NCBI GenBank assembly: GCA_943787795.1
Contig: CALSNU010000007.1
Coordinates: 1,238-65,237, forward strand
DNA length: 64,000 nucleotides
Direction: 5' to 3'
Origin: an uncultured bacterium
Lineage (GTDB): Bacteria > Planctomycetota > UBA1135 > GCA-002686595
In this document: piece after piece, positions 1 to 8,632 of the stretch
Layout of the letters: each line of letters begins with the position of its first letter
Position numbering within the stretch: the first letter of the stretch is position 1
Notes under the pieces: model-generated
Seen by the model: the letters and a program-made list of their open reading frames with translations, nothing else
Database searches by the model: none
What the model was told of the DNA's origin: nothing
Made by a program: the position numbers and the translations under genes

Positions 1-1
1 G

Positions 2-163
2 ACGACCTACCCGGACGGAACCTGGGAGACCAACCCCGCCTATCAGGTCCCGGTGGAGGACCAGCTGGACGCGCTGGTCGCGGCCTCCGATCCCGAGCTC
101 CTGCAGCGTGCCTCGGACTTCATGCGGTCCTGGAACCGCTACCGGCCTCGCCGGAAGCGGTGA
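2..163 (+). CDS. 3' end of a truncated CDS, product unknown
   Basis: Open frame from the window edge (TTYPDGTWETNPAYQVPVEDQLDAL...RPRRKR) to TGA at 161-163, with GC3-rich codons; convergent with SRAP. Confidence 0.6.
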   Translation, partial: TTYPDGTWETNPAYQVPVEDQLDALVAASDPELLQRASDFMRSWNRYRPRRKR

Positions 164-174
164 GGGGCTGATCA

Positions 175-855
175 TCAGAAGAGCGTGTCCGGCGCCATCA
201 GCCCGGCGCCCTCGTTCCGAACGTTGTTCAGCCTCGAGCTGACCCGGTCGAGGGCGAGGAGGCCCGGGGGCGCCGGCGCGAGCAGGCGGGCTGTGGCCTC
301 CCCATCATCCACCCCCGGCGTCAGCCAGCGGTCGAAGTCCTCCGGTTCGATCAAGCACGGCATGCGGTCGTGGAGCGGCGCCACGTCGTCATTGGCATCG
401 GTGGTCAGGACGGTGAAGGAGACCCTCGCGGGCTCTGCCGCGGACCCCTTCCAGCGCTCCCAGAGGCCGGCGAAGGCGAGGGGACGCTGGTCCGTGCGCT
501 GGATCCGGTAGGGGACCTTCGCGCCCGCCTCGCGCTGCCACTCGTAGAACCAGGTGGCGGGGACGAGGCAGCGGCGCCGCCTGAAGGCGGCGCGGAACGA
601 AGGCTTCTCGGCCGCGGTCTCCGACCGGGCGTTGATGGTCCGGTGGGCGATCTTGGAGTCCTTGGCCCAGGAGGGGACAAGGCCCCAGCGCATGGAGGTG
701 AGTGCGCGGTCCTGTCCGCTCTCTCCCCTGACGATGACCGGAGCCTCCTGAGACGGCGCGAGGTTGAAGCGCGCCATGAAGTCCGTCGCGCCGCTCAGGG
801 AGAAGAGCGCCGCGAGCACGTCGGGGGCGACGGTCAGTGCATATCGTCCACACAC
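175..855 (-). CDS. SOS response-associated peptidase (SRAP/YedK/HMCES family, abasic-site protection)
   Basis: GTG start gives (M)CGRY with the catalytic Cys2; motifs RFNLAPSQ, MRWGLVPSW, INARSET, RRCLVPA, FYEW, HDRMP. Confidence 0.93.
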   Translation of the reverse strand: MCGRYALTVAPDVLAALFSLSGATDFMARFNLAPSQEAPVIVRGESGQDRALTSMRWGLVPSWAKDSKIAHRTINARSETAAEKPSFRAAFRRRRCLVPATWFYEWQREAGAKVPYRIQRTDQRPLAFAGLWERWKGSAAEPARVSFTVLTTDANDDVAPLHDRMPCLIEPEDFDRWLTPGVDDGEATARLLAPAPPGLLALDRVSSRLNNVRNEGAGLMAPDTLF

Positions 856-862
856 GCCCCGA

Positions 863-1834
863 TCATAGGCGAGCGGCCGCCGGGCCGGACCCTCCACGAC
901 GCCGATGGGAGAGGGCCGCGCTGAGGGCGAGGCCGAGGCCTGAGAGTGTCGCGACGCTGCCGCTCGCGTCCACGGAGGCGCCCAGTAGCAGGGGGGCGGC
1001 CTGGGTCGCGAGGAGGTAGCCAAGGACGCCCGCCGCGGCGCCGAGGCCAACGGAGAGCATGACGTAGGGGCCCATGCGGTCCGTCAGGAGCCGCGCGGTC
1101 GCCGGGGGACAGGTCAGCAGCGCGATGGCGAGGATGGACCCTACGGCGTCGAAGCTGAGCACGATGGCGAGCGTCGTGAGGACCATCAGCGCCGCGGCGA
1201 CCATGGTGGGGTGCAGGCCCCGAGAGCGGGCGAAGGCGGGGTCGAAGGCCACGGCGCGGAGCAGGGGCCAGCCCACGGCCACCGCGACGCACGAGATCAC
1301 GAGGAGGCCGACGAGCCGCAGGGGCTGGGCCGGGGCTCCATCGAGGCCTCCCTCTTCGAAGACGCCCGCCCAGGTGCTCGGGACGTTCCAGAACATCAGC
1401 TCGAGCTGGCCGCTGAGGACGCAATCCACGTCGAGGTCCACGTTGGCGCCGCCGTTGAGCTCGAGGAGCAGGACGCCGAGGGCGAACATCGTCGTGTAGA
1501 CCAGGCCGATGGCCGCGCTTCGCTCCACGCGCCCGTGCCGAATGATGGCGCCGATGGCGAGGCCGGAGAGCGCGGCGGCGGCGGTCGCGCCAGCGAACAT
1601 CGGGCCCGCTGCGCGCGACCCGGTCAAGAGGAAGGCGATGACCAGGCCGGGAAGGACGGAGTGGGCCATGGCGTCGCCCAGCATGGCCTGACGACGGAGG
1701 ACGAGGAATGACCCGAGGAGCGCAAGCGTGGCCGCTGAGGCCGTGACCGCGACCATGGGCATCAGGTCCAGGGTCATGAACTCATGGAGGCCAGCGGGGA
1801 TGGCGTCCGCCGCTCGTTCGTCGGTGTCGCTCAC
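863..1834 (-). CDS. Mn/Zn ABC transporter permease (TroD/MntD-like)
   Basis: LLGSFLVLRRQAMLGDAMAHSVLPG, AFDPAFARSRG, multiple TM helices; GTG start overlaps the upstream TGA (GTGA). Confidence 0.9.
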   Translation of the reverse strand: MSDTDERAADAIPAGLHEFMTLDLMPMVAVTASAATLALLGSFLVLRRQAMLGDAMAHSVLPGLVIAFLLTGSRAAGPMFAGATAAAALSGLAIGAIIRHGRVERSAAIGLVYTTMFALGVLLLELNGGANVDLDVDCVLSGQLELMFWNVPSTWAGVFEEGGLDGAPAQPLRLVGLLVISCVAVAVGWPLLRAVAFDPAFARSRGLHPTMVAAALMVLTTLAIVLSFDAVGSILAIALLTCPPATARLLTDRMGPYVMLSVGLGAAAGVLGYLLATQAAPLLLGASVDASGSVATLSGLGLALSAALSHRRRGGSGPAAARL

Positions 1835-3012
1835 CTTGAACCCTCGTCGGCGGGTGGCCCCGCGTCGGCAGGGCCTGCGCCAGCGGAGGCAGGCCCAGCG
1901 GAGGCAGGCCCAGCGGAGGCAGGCCCAGCGGAGGCGGGTCCAGCGGAGGCGGGTCCAGTAGGGGCCGATCCAGAGTTCGCGGCGGCGGCTGGCCCGCCCG
2001 CAGCCAGGCGCCGCGCGGCGGCGGCCACCTGCCTGTGACGGAGCCACCCGGAGAAGATCCCCCGGTCCGGCGCGATCAGGAGGCTCACCAGGAAGGCTGC
2101 GGCGGCGGAGAGGATGATGAGCGGGCCCGCCGGTGCGTTCGGGGTCACGGCGGAGAGGGAGGCTCCGATCCAGGCTGCGCCGGCGCCGGCAGCGGCGGCG
2201 ACCAGGACCATCGGGGCGACGCGAGTGGTCCACAGGCGCGCGGTCGCCGCGGGGGCCACCAGCAGGGCGGCGACGAGGAGCATGCCCACGGCCTGGAGCC
2301 CGGCCATGGCCACGGCGCCCACGAGGGCCGCGAGGATGGTGTCCAGGAGCCGAACCGGCAGGCCCCTCGCGTGGGCGAAGCGCTCGTTGAAGGCGACCGC
2401 GGTCAGGACCCGGTAGAGGGCGAGCGTCGCGCCGAGTGCGGCGACGGCGAGGATCGCCATGAGCATGGCGTCGGCGCTGGTCATGGAGGCCGTCGAGCCG
2501 AAGATCAGCTCGTCCAATCCGGCCCGGTCGGCCCCGCTCACGCGCCGGGTGGCCGAGAGCACGACGATCCCGGCGCCGAACGATGCGCTGGAGACGGTGG
2601 CGACCGCCGTCTCTGCGCTCAGTCGAGTGTGTCGGGTGATCCACTCGATGGAGACAACCGCGCAGGTCCCAGCCAGGGCGGCGCCGAGCATGAGCAGCGG
2701 CATGCTCCGCTCCTGCTGACCGGCAGCCGCTTGCAGGAGGAACGCGCTGCCGACGCCGACAAGCGAAGCGTGGCTGATGGCGTCCGCCACGAGAGCCCGG
2801 CCCTTCAGCATGGCGAAGGAGCCCACCGCGCCCGCGCTGATGCCGAGGAGGATCGCGCCGAGCAGGACGACGTTGGTGTTGTATCCACCGCCGAAGGAGA
2901 GGACCTGCAGCCACGCCTCGAGGTGGCCAGATGCCTCGGGGAGGGCGCGGAGCGACGTGGCTGGGGGGGCGCTGCCCAGCCAGGCTATCGGGCAACGCGA
3001 ACCATCAAACAC
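1831..3012 (-). CDS. Mn/Zn ABC transporter permease (TroC/MntC-like); start uncertain
   Basis: YNTNVVLLG, VGSFAMLKGRALVADAISHASL, LIFGSTA, LQAVG; C-terminal GPASA x5 tail. Confidence 0.88.
   Translation of the reverse strand: MFDGSRCPIAWLGSAPPATSLRALPEASGHLEAWLQVLSFGGGYNTNVVLLGAILLGISAGAVGSFAMLKGRALVADAISHASLVGVGSAFLLQAAAGQQERSMPLLMLGAALAGTCAVVSIEWITRHTRLSAETAVATVSSASFGAGIVVLSATRRVSGADRAGLDELIFGSTASMTSADAMLMAILAVAALGATLALYRVLTAVAFNERFAHARGLPVRLLDTILAALVGAVAMAGLQAVGMLLVAALLVAPAATARLWTTRVAPMVLVAAAAGAGAAWIGASLSAVTPNAPAGPLIILSAAAAFLVSLLIAPDRGIFSGWLRHRQVAAAARRLAAGGPAAAANSGSAPTGPASAGPASAGPASAGPASAGPASAGAGPADAGPPADEGSR
1880..1954. repeat. 15-bp tandem repeat x5 (CCAGCGGAGGCRGGY) encoding GPASA
   Basis: Read directly from sequence. 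Confidence 0.9.
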
Positions 3013-3031
3013 CTCAGACAGCTCCGCGGCG

Positions 3032-3859
3032 TCAGGCGAGCTGCCGGGCGCCCGGATCGCTGGACGCGAGGGTCGCGCTGCCCGAGGCGAAGGCCCGGCG
3101 AACGTTGTCCTCCGACAGCGCCTCTCGGGCGGAGCCGGTGGCGATCACGGAGCCCGAGAGCAGCAAGGCGTCGTCGAAGCGAGTCCGCGCCGACTCCAGG
3201 TCATGGTGCACCGCGATGATCGTGGTCCCCTCGTCGCAGAGCGAGCGGAGGCGGTGGAACAGGGCGTCCTCGGTCTCGGAGTCCACGCCAGCGAAGGGCT
3301 CGTCCAGGAGCAGGAGGTCGGCCTGCTGGGCCATGGCCCGGGCGAGGAACACCCGCTGCTGCTGGCCGCCCGAGAGCTGGCCGATGGGGCGGTCGGCGAA
3401 GGCGCCGAGGCCGAGGTCTTCGAGGCAGCTGCGAGCCTCTGCTCTGTGCTCCCTGGACCCTTCCTGGCGGCGGACCCAGGTGGGGAGGAGCCAGTCCGGG
3501 AGGAGCCAGTCCGGAAGGAGCCAGTCCAGCCGCCGCGCGGCGCCCATCTCGACGACCTGGAGCGCGGTCACGGGGAAGTCCCAGTCGACCGACTCACGCT
3601 GGGGTACGTAGGCCACCCGGCTGCGGGCACTGGCGAAGGACTGACCCCAGAAGAACGCCTCGCCGGCGAGGGGGCGGAGCGCGCCGATGGCCGCGTTGAG
3701 GAGCGACGACTTGCCGGCGCCGTTGGGGCCGACGATCGCCGTCATGCTGCCCTCGCGAGCCTCCCAGGAGACGTCCCACAGGGCCGGGACGCCGCGGTAG
3801 GCGACGGAGATGGACCGCAACGCGAGGGGCGCCCGGGCTTCGCTGCGGCGGAGGATCAT
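3032..3859 (-). CDS. Mn/Zn ABC transporter ATP-binding protein (TroB/MntB-like)
   Basis: Walker A GPNGAGKS, YVPQRESVDWDFP, LSGGQQQR, Walker B LLLLDEPF, HHDL. Confidence 0.93.
   Translation of the reverse strand: MILRRSEARAPLALRSISVAYRGVPALWDVSWEAREGSMTAIVGPNGAGKSSLLNAAIGALRPLAGEAFFWGQSFASARSRVAYVPQRESVDWDFPVTALQVVEMGAARRLDWLLPDWLLPDWLLPTWVRRQEGSREHRAEARSCLEDLGLGAFADRPIGQLSGGQQQRVFLARAMAQQADLLLLDEPFAGVDSETEDALFHRLRSLCDEGTTIIAVHHDLESARTRFDDALLLSGSVIATGSAREALSEDNVRRAFASGSATLASSDPGARQLA
3486..3527. repeat. 15-bp tandem repeat x~3 (AGGAGCCAGTCCGGR) encoding DWLLP inside the ATPase
   Basis: Read directly; protein LDWLLPDWLLPDWLLPT. Confidence 0.85.
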
Positions 3860-4839
3860 CGAGCGACCTCCTGGGCCCCGGCGTCATCGTCCGTGCCGAG
3901 CGCGCCGAGGATCGTGGACACGTTGGATCGGAGCATCTGCTCGTAGGTTCCGGCCTGGCCCGGCGCGTCGGCGTGGAGAACGCCGCCGACCTGCAGGTCC
4001 TGACCGCGTGCCCTGGCTCCTTCCACGAGGGCCCGCACGTTGCGCTCGGAGACCGTGGACTCGAAGAAGACCGCAGGGATCTGTCGCTCGACCACCAGGT
4101 GGACCAGCTCCTCGATGGCATTCAGGGAGGCCTCACTCGTCGTGGAGACGCCCTGGATCCCGTGGACTTCCAGGCCATACCGGCGGCCGAAGTAGCCGAA
4201 GGCGTCGTGGGCTGTCAGGAGCACCCGACGATCGGGAGCCAGTGAGGCGAACGCGTCTCGGTACTGCTCGTCTGCAGCGATCAACCGGGCCTCGACGACC
4301 GCGGCGCGCTCGGTGAAGGTCCGCTGGTTCGCGGGGCTTGCCTGGCCGAGCGCTCCAGCGATGAGCCCGGGGACCCTTGACCAGACGGAGGCGTCCATCC
4401 ACACGTGGGGATCGGGCGCCTGGCCGCTCACGAGCAACTCCCCGTCGAGCAGGACCCGCTCCGCGACCGGGATCACCTCGACGCCCGAGTCCTCCACTCT
4501 CCCGAGGGCCTCGACGAGGTAGCCCTCGAGGTGGAGTCCGTTGTAGAGGACGATGTCGGCGGCCATGAGCAGCTTGACGTCGTCGCGGGTCGGGCGGAAC
4601 AGGTGCGGGTCCATGTCCGAGCCGAAGAGCACCTCCACCTCCGCTGCGTCCCCGCCGATCTCCAGCGCGAGGTCACCGATCATCGCTGTCGTGCAAACGA
4701 CGCGCGGACCGAGGCTGGAGCCATCACTGGAGCCGTGACCTGAGCCGCTGCCTGGGCCGCCGCTTGGGCCGCCGTCGACGCCGCTCGAGCAAGACAAAGC
4801 GAGCGCCGCGAGGCAGGGGATGAGCTTGGACCAGTCCAT
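3856..4839 (-). CDS. Mn/Zn ABC transporter substrate-binding lipoprotein (TroA/MntA-like)
   Basis: Lipobox-like LALSC; metal-ligand motifs DPHLF, DPHVW, TAHDAFGYF, HADA; YNGLHLEG. Confidence 0.92.
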   Translation of the reverse strand: MDWSKLIPCLAALALSCSSGVDGGPSGGPGSGSGHGSSDGSSLGPRVVCTTAMIGDLALEIGGDAAEVEVLFGSDMDPHLFRPTRDDVKLLMAADIVLYNGLHLEGYLVEALGRVEDSGVEVIPVAERVLLDGELLVSGQAPDPHVWMDASVWSRVPGLIAGALGQASPANQRTFTERAAVVEARLIAADEQYRDAFASLAPDRRVLLTAHDAFGYFGRRYGLEVHGIQGVSTTSEASLNAIEELVHLVVERQIPAVFFESTVSERNVRALVEGARARGQDLQVGGVLHADAPGQAGTYEQMLRSNVSTILGALGTDDDAGAQEVAR

Positions 4840-4872
4840 GATCGGGGCACGCGCGATGGCGCCCGGCCGTGA

Positions 4873-4903
4873 GGTTAGCCGGGGGCTTGTAACCGTTGCT
4901 ATT
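4873..4903. promoter_or_regulatory. Candidate MntR operator (two adjacent imperfect TAGC-N4/5-GCTA-like boxes)
   Basis: GGTTAGCCGGGGGCTTGTAACCGTTGCTATT in an AT-richer patch between mntR and the ABC operon; resembles the TAGC-N4-GCTA core of proteobacterial MntR boxes as I recall it. Confidence 0.5.
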
Positions 4904-4964
4904 AGAACCGCGGCCATGTGGGCGGAAAGTGCCTCATTGTGAGATGTAGGCCCCTGGGGGAGCC

Positions 4965-5882
4965 TCAGGGGGCCTTCGGACCGGCCAGCTCGGCGAAGCG
5001 CGCGAGGGTGCGCTCGCTCACATGGTGCTCGACCCCTTCGGCGTCGATCTCTGCCGCCTCGTCCGGGACACCCAGGAAGAGCAGGAAGCCGAGCACCACC
5101 TGGTGCCGCTCCCGAGACCTCGCCGCGAGCGCGCGGCCCTCTCCCGATAACTCCAGCGGCCGCCGGGGCGGGCTGGTCACGTGCCCGAGCCTGCGGAGCC
5201 TCGCCACGACCCGGGTGACCGTGACCTGCGCCACGCCGAATCGCTCGGCCAGCCACCCCACGCGGGCCTCACCCCGCTCGCGGACCATGTCGTCGATGGC
5301 TTCAACGTAGTCCTCCGTGAGCTCATTCGCATGGGCCGCTCGGACCCGCGCGAACCGGGGCGCGGCGTCCTCGGCGAGCGGGCCGGGGCTCGCCGGGACG
5401 GGGGCGGGCTGACCCTCCTTGGCCCGGGACGCAACGAACTGCCTGAAGGCCTCGAGGGATTCGGCCCCCACGTGGTGCTCCATCCCCTCCGCGTCGGCCT
5501 CGGCGATCTCGGGGGGGAGCCCGAGCGCGAGAAGAAAGGCCAGGACGGCGGCGTGCCGCGAACGGGACCGCTCCGCGATGACGCGCCCCTTCTCGGTCAG
5601 CCGGAGGGCCTCCTGCTGGCCCGAGCTGACGAGCCCGTCTCGGCGCAGGCGCTCGACCACAGAGCACACCGCGACATGGCTGATCCCGAACCCGGTCGCG
5701 AGGTCTCGAACGCGGGCCTCGCCGCGGTCCATGACCAGGTCGTCGATGGCCTCGACGTAGTCCTCGACGACCTCCTGGCGGTTCGCGCGGCGCACGGCCT
5801 CGTGGCCCGCGCGAATGCGCTCCATGGGAGGCGGTTCAGGGGCAGCCCTTCGGGGGAGTGGATCGTTCGGATCAGCGCTCAC
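4965..5882 (-). CDS. mntR: Tandem two-unit MntR (DtxR family) Mn-dependent regulator
   Basis: Two full repeats, each with EDYVE...GEARV...HTH...RSRxRH...DAEGxEHHV, joined by a Pro-rich linker. Confidence 0.88.
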   Translation of the reverse strand: MSADPNDPLPRRAAPEPPPMERIRAGHEAVRRANRQEVVEDYVEAIDDLVMDRGEARVRDLATGFGISHVAVCSVVERLRRDGLVSSGQQEALRLTEKGRVIAERSRSRHAAVLAFLLALGLPPEIAEADAEGMEHHVGAESLEAFRQFVASRAKEGQPAPVPASPGPLAEDAAPRFARVRAAHANELTEDYVEAIDDMVRERGEARVGWLAERFGVAQVTVTRVVARLRRLGHVTSPPRRPLELSGEGRALAARSRERHQVVLGFLLFLGVPDEAAEIDAEGVEHHVSERTLARFAELAGPKAP

Positions 5883-5959
5883 GGCGGCATGAGCCTAGCC
5901 GAGAGCGCGTCCTCCATGGCGCCCTGTCGTGTACGGTCTTCGGTCGAGGAGGGTCAGAG

Positions 5960-6895
5960 ATGAACTACCGGAAGATGGGCCGCACCGGCCTCAAGATCAG
6001 CAGCGTCTCGATCGGCGGGTGGCTCACCCTTGGCGGCAGCGTCGGCTCGGAGGACTCCGCCAGGATCCTCCGCCGGGCCGTGGACGGCGGCGTGAACTTC
6101 ATCGACCTCGCCGATGTCTACTCGGCAGGCGCGGCCGAGCAGGTCGCCGGGGCCGCGATCCAGGGGATCGACCGGTCTTCACTCGTGCTCTCCTCCAAGG
6201 TCTTTGGCCGGATGGGAGATGGACCCAACGAGCGGGGGCTGTCGCGCAAGCACATCATCGAGAGCTGCGAGGCCTCGCTACGACGGCTCGGAACGGACTA
6301 CCTCGACCTGTACTTCTGCCATCGTCCTGACCCCGAGACTCCCCTCGAGGAGACGGTGCGCGCGATGGATGACCTGGTGCATCGCGGCAAGGTGCATTAC
6401 TGGGGCACGAGCGTCTGGCCCGCGGAGCTGCTCGACGATGCCCACGACCTCTGCGATCGGCGCGGTTTCTATCCGCCGCTGGTGGAGCAGCCGCAGTACA
6501 GCTTGCTCGAGCGCGGGATCGAGGCCTCGGTGCTCCCCGCGGCGAGGCGCCTTGGGATGGGTCTCGTGGTCTGGAGTCCGCTCGCTGGCGGGTTGCTCAC
6601 GGGCAAGTACGACGACGGCGTCCCCCCCGGGAGCCGCGGGGCCGAGACCAAGTGGCTGGACGACAAGCTGGAGGGTGACGTCCAGGACAGGCTCCGCGCG
6701 TTCAGCGCGCTGGCGCGAGGGGTCGGCGTCACCCCCGGACAGCTCGCGCTCGCGTGGATCCTGCGCAACGACGCCATCACCAGCGTGATCACCGGCGCGA
6801 CATCGACCGACCAGGTCGACTCCAACCTCAAGGCTGCCGAGATATCCCTCGATGGCGAGGTGGTGGAGCGGATTGAGGAGCTCTTCCCCGCGTGA
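5960..6895 (+). CDS. Aldo/keto reductase (Kv-beta/Tas-like)
   Basis: MNYRKMGRTGLKIS, DLADVY, SSKV, SLRRLGTDYLDLYFCH, WSPLAGGLLTGKY; GAGGAGG RBS. Confidence 0.92.
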   Translation: MNYRKMGRTGLKISSVSIGGWLTLGGSVGSEDSARILRRAVDGGVNFIDLADVYSAGAAEQVAGAAIQGIDRSSLVLSSKVFGRMGDGPNERGLSRKHIIESCEASLRRLGTDYLDLYFCHRPDPETPLEETVRAMDDLVHRGKVHYWGTSVWPAELLDDAHDLCDRRGFYPPLVEQPQYSLLERGIEASVLPAARRLGMGLVVWSPLAGGLLTGKYDDGVPPGSRGAETKWLDDKLEGDVQDRLRAFSALARGVGVTPGQLALAWILRNDAITSVITGATSTDQVDSNLKAAEISLDGEVVERIEELFPA

Positions 6896-8220
6896 TGGGC
6901 GACCAGAAGAGCAACGCCATGGGTTCGCTCATCTGGCGCCGCGCCTTGCTCTCCATGAGCGCCGTGGCGCTCACCCTGCTGGTGATCGAGCTCTCCGTGG
7001 ATCGCTTCTTCCCGGTGCTCGGCCAGGTCTACCAGCTCGACTCCACGCTGCTGCACGATGCGATCCCTGGCTCACGTCGGATTCAGCCGATGGAGCCGTC
7101 GCGGCTGGGGCCGGGGGATCGTGCCCGGGTGCTCGTCGAGGTGGGCCCGGGCGGGTTCCGCGGTGATCTTGACCTTGACCGGGACCGGGAGAGCACCGCT
7201 CGCTTGCTTGTTCTCGGCGACTCCTTTGTGATGGCGGAGAACGTGCCGCTGGAGGGGACCTTCGTGCGGCAGCTGGCGTTCGAGCTGGAGAGGGGGCTGG
7301 GCTGCGAGGTGGAGGGGGTGAACGCTGGGCGCTCGGGCTACGGCCCCGATCAGTCGTTGCTGCTCCTCGAGCGAGAGATCGACACGGTGGCTCCAGACGT
7401 CATCGTCTGCGTCCTCTGCGCTCATAACGACGTGGGAGACCTCGCCCGGAACAAGCTCCTTCGCCTTGGACCGGACGGCGGACTTGTCCGCTGTCAGCCG
7501 CGGATCGGCGCGCGGTTGGTGGACGAGTTCGCCCGCCGCGCGGAGCGCTCTGGCGGCCTCGGGATCCAGCGGCTCGTTCGCTTCTGGCAGGAGGCCCCTG
7601 ATCGGGCGCCGGTCAACTCCGTCCCGGCCGGGACCATGGACCTCTACCTCGCGGCGCTCGCGGCCCAGTACGACGAGTTCTTCGTGCGGAACGATCTAGA
7701 GGTTGTCTCCCTGTTCGAGGACGTGTACGACGCCGACGTCGCAATCCGTCCGGAGACGCCTGCGGTGTCGGCGAAGCTGGAGCTGATGGCGGCGGTCCTC
7801 AGGTCCATGGTGGAGCTGGCGGCGTCGCGCGGCGTCCCTCTGCACTTCGTGATCGTTCCCTCAGCCGTGGACATGTGCCCTGGCTTCGGGATCCAGGTCG
7901 ATCCGGACCGCTTCTCTGGCTACTCGCCAGACCACCTCTCGGGTCGCCTGGTGGAGGCCGTGGAGCTGGCGGGCGGCCGCCTGACCGATCTCTCGGCGCA
8001 GCTCCGCGCCGAGGGCGGCGAGGTCTGGGTCGGCGGGACGGATATCCACTGGAATGCGGCAGGGCAACGAGTGGGTGCGAGGTCAGTCGCCGCAGCGCTT
8101 CTTGAACGTCCAGACCTCCAGAGCAGGCTCGGCGTAGGAGGGGCCGACTCTCTCGACGCGGGCCCGAACGATGCCGACACTCGAGAGGAGTCGCTTCCGG
8201 CCGCTGATTCCAGCCGATGA
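6892..8220 (+). CDS. Membrane-anchored SGNH/GDSL hydrolase-family protein (AlgJ/AlgX-like)
   Basis: N-terminal TM; LVLGDSF, NAGRSGYGPDQ, HND, DIHWNAAG. Confidence 0.78.
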   Translation: MMGDQKSNAMGSLIWRRALLSMSAVALTLLVIELSVDRFFPVLGQVYQLDSTLLHDAIPGSRRIQPMEPSRLGPGDRARVLVEVGPGGFRGDLDLDRDRESTARLLVLGDSFVMAENVPLEGTFVRQLAFELERGLGCEVEGVNAGRSGYGPDQSLLLLEREIDTVAPDVIVCVLCAHNDVGDLARNKLLRLGPDGGLVRCQPRIGARLVDEFARRAERSGGLGIQRLVRFWQEAPDRAPVNSVPAGTMDLYLAALAAQYDEFFVRNDLEVVSLFEDVYDADVAIRPETPAVSAKLELMAAVLRSMVELAASRGVPLHFVIVPSAVDMCPGFGIQVDPDRFSGYSPDHLSGRLVEAVELAGGRLTDLSAQLRAEGGEVWVGGTDIHWNAAGQRVGARSVAAALLERPDLQSRLGVGGADSLDAGPNDADTREESLPAADSSR

Positions 8221-8329
8221 TCCCAGCCGCTGGGTCCAGCCGATCGGGCTTCCGGCCCGGCCAGCGCCGCGCTCCACGGTCGGCTGCGCAGTCCCAAATA
8301 GGGATCGGGAGGGGGCCCTGGGGGAGGGG

Positions 8330-8406
8330 TGGTACGCCCGACAGGATTCGAACCTGTGACCTTTCGCTCCGGAGGCGAACGCTCTATCCAGCTGAGCTAC
8401 GGGCGC
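8330..8406 (-). tRNA. tRNA-Arg(CCG)
   Basis: Reverse complement GCGCCCGTAGCTCAGCTGGATAGAGCGTTCGCCT-CCG-GAGCGAAAGGTCACAGGTTCGAATCCTGTCGGGCGTACCA; cloverleaf, TTC loop, encoded CCA. Confidence 0.97.
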
Positions 8407-8632
8407 CCGATTTGGGGGCGGGAGCTTAGCGCCCCTGGGGCTGATCGCGCCACAGGCACCCCTGTTGAATGGGAGTTCGGCAGTGGAGTTCCCTGCGGGA
8501 TACCCCTTGGGTGACCCCTGAAGGGCACCGGGCCCCGCTCGAAAAACCGAATGTTGCAGTATCCTCGAAGCATGGCGGGGCTATTCCTCCCCGTGCCCCT
8601 CCACGCTCGCGCGGGGTCCGAAAAGCTACTTC

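Noticed and set aside
1835-2995. N-terminal part of the 710-aa ORF 863..2995
   Set aside because: Arg/Pro-rich off-frame read of the upstream permease; the real gene starts at GTG 1834
8220-8632. tRNA-Arg as an integration site for a mobile element
   Set aside because: No integrase, no duplicated tRNA 3' end noticed and no obvious compositional shift
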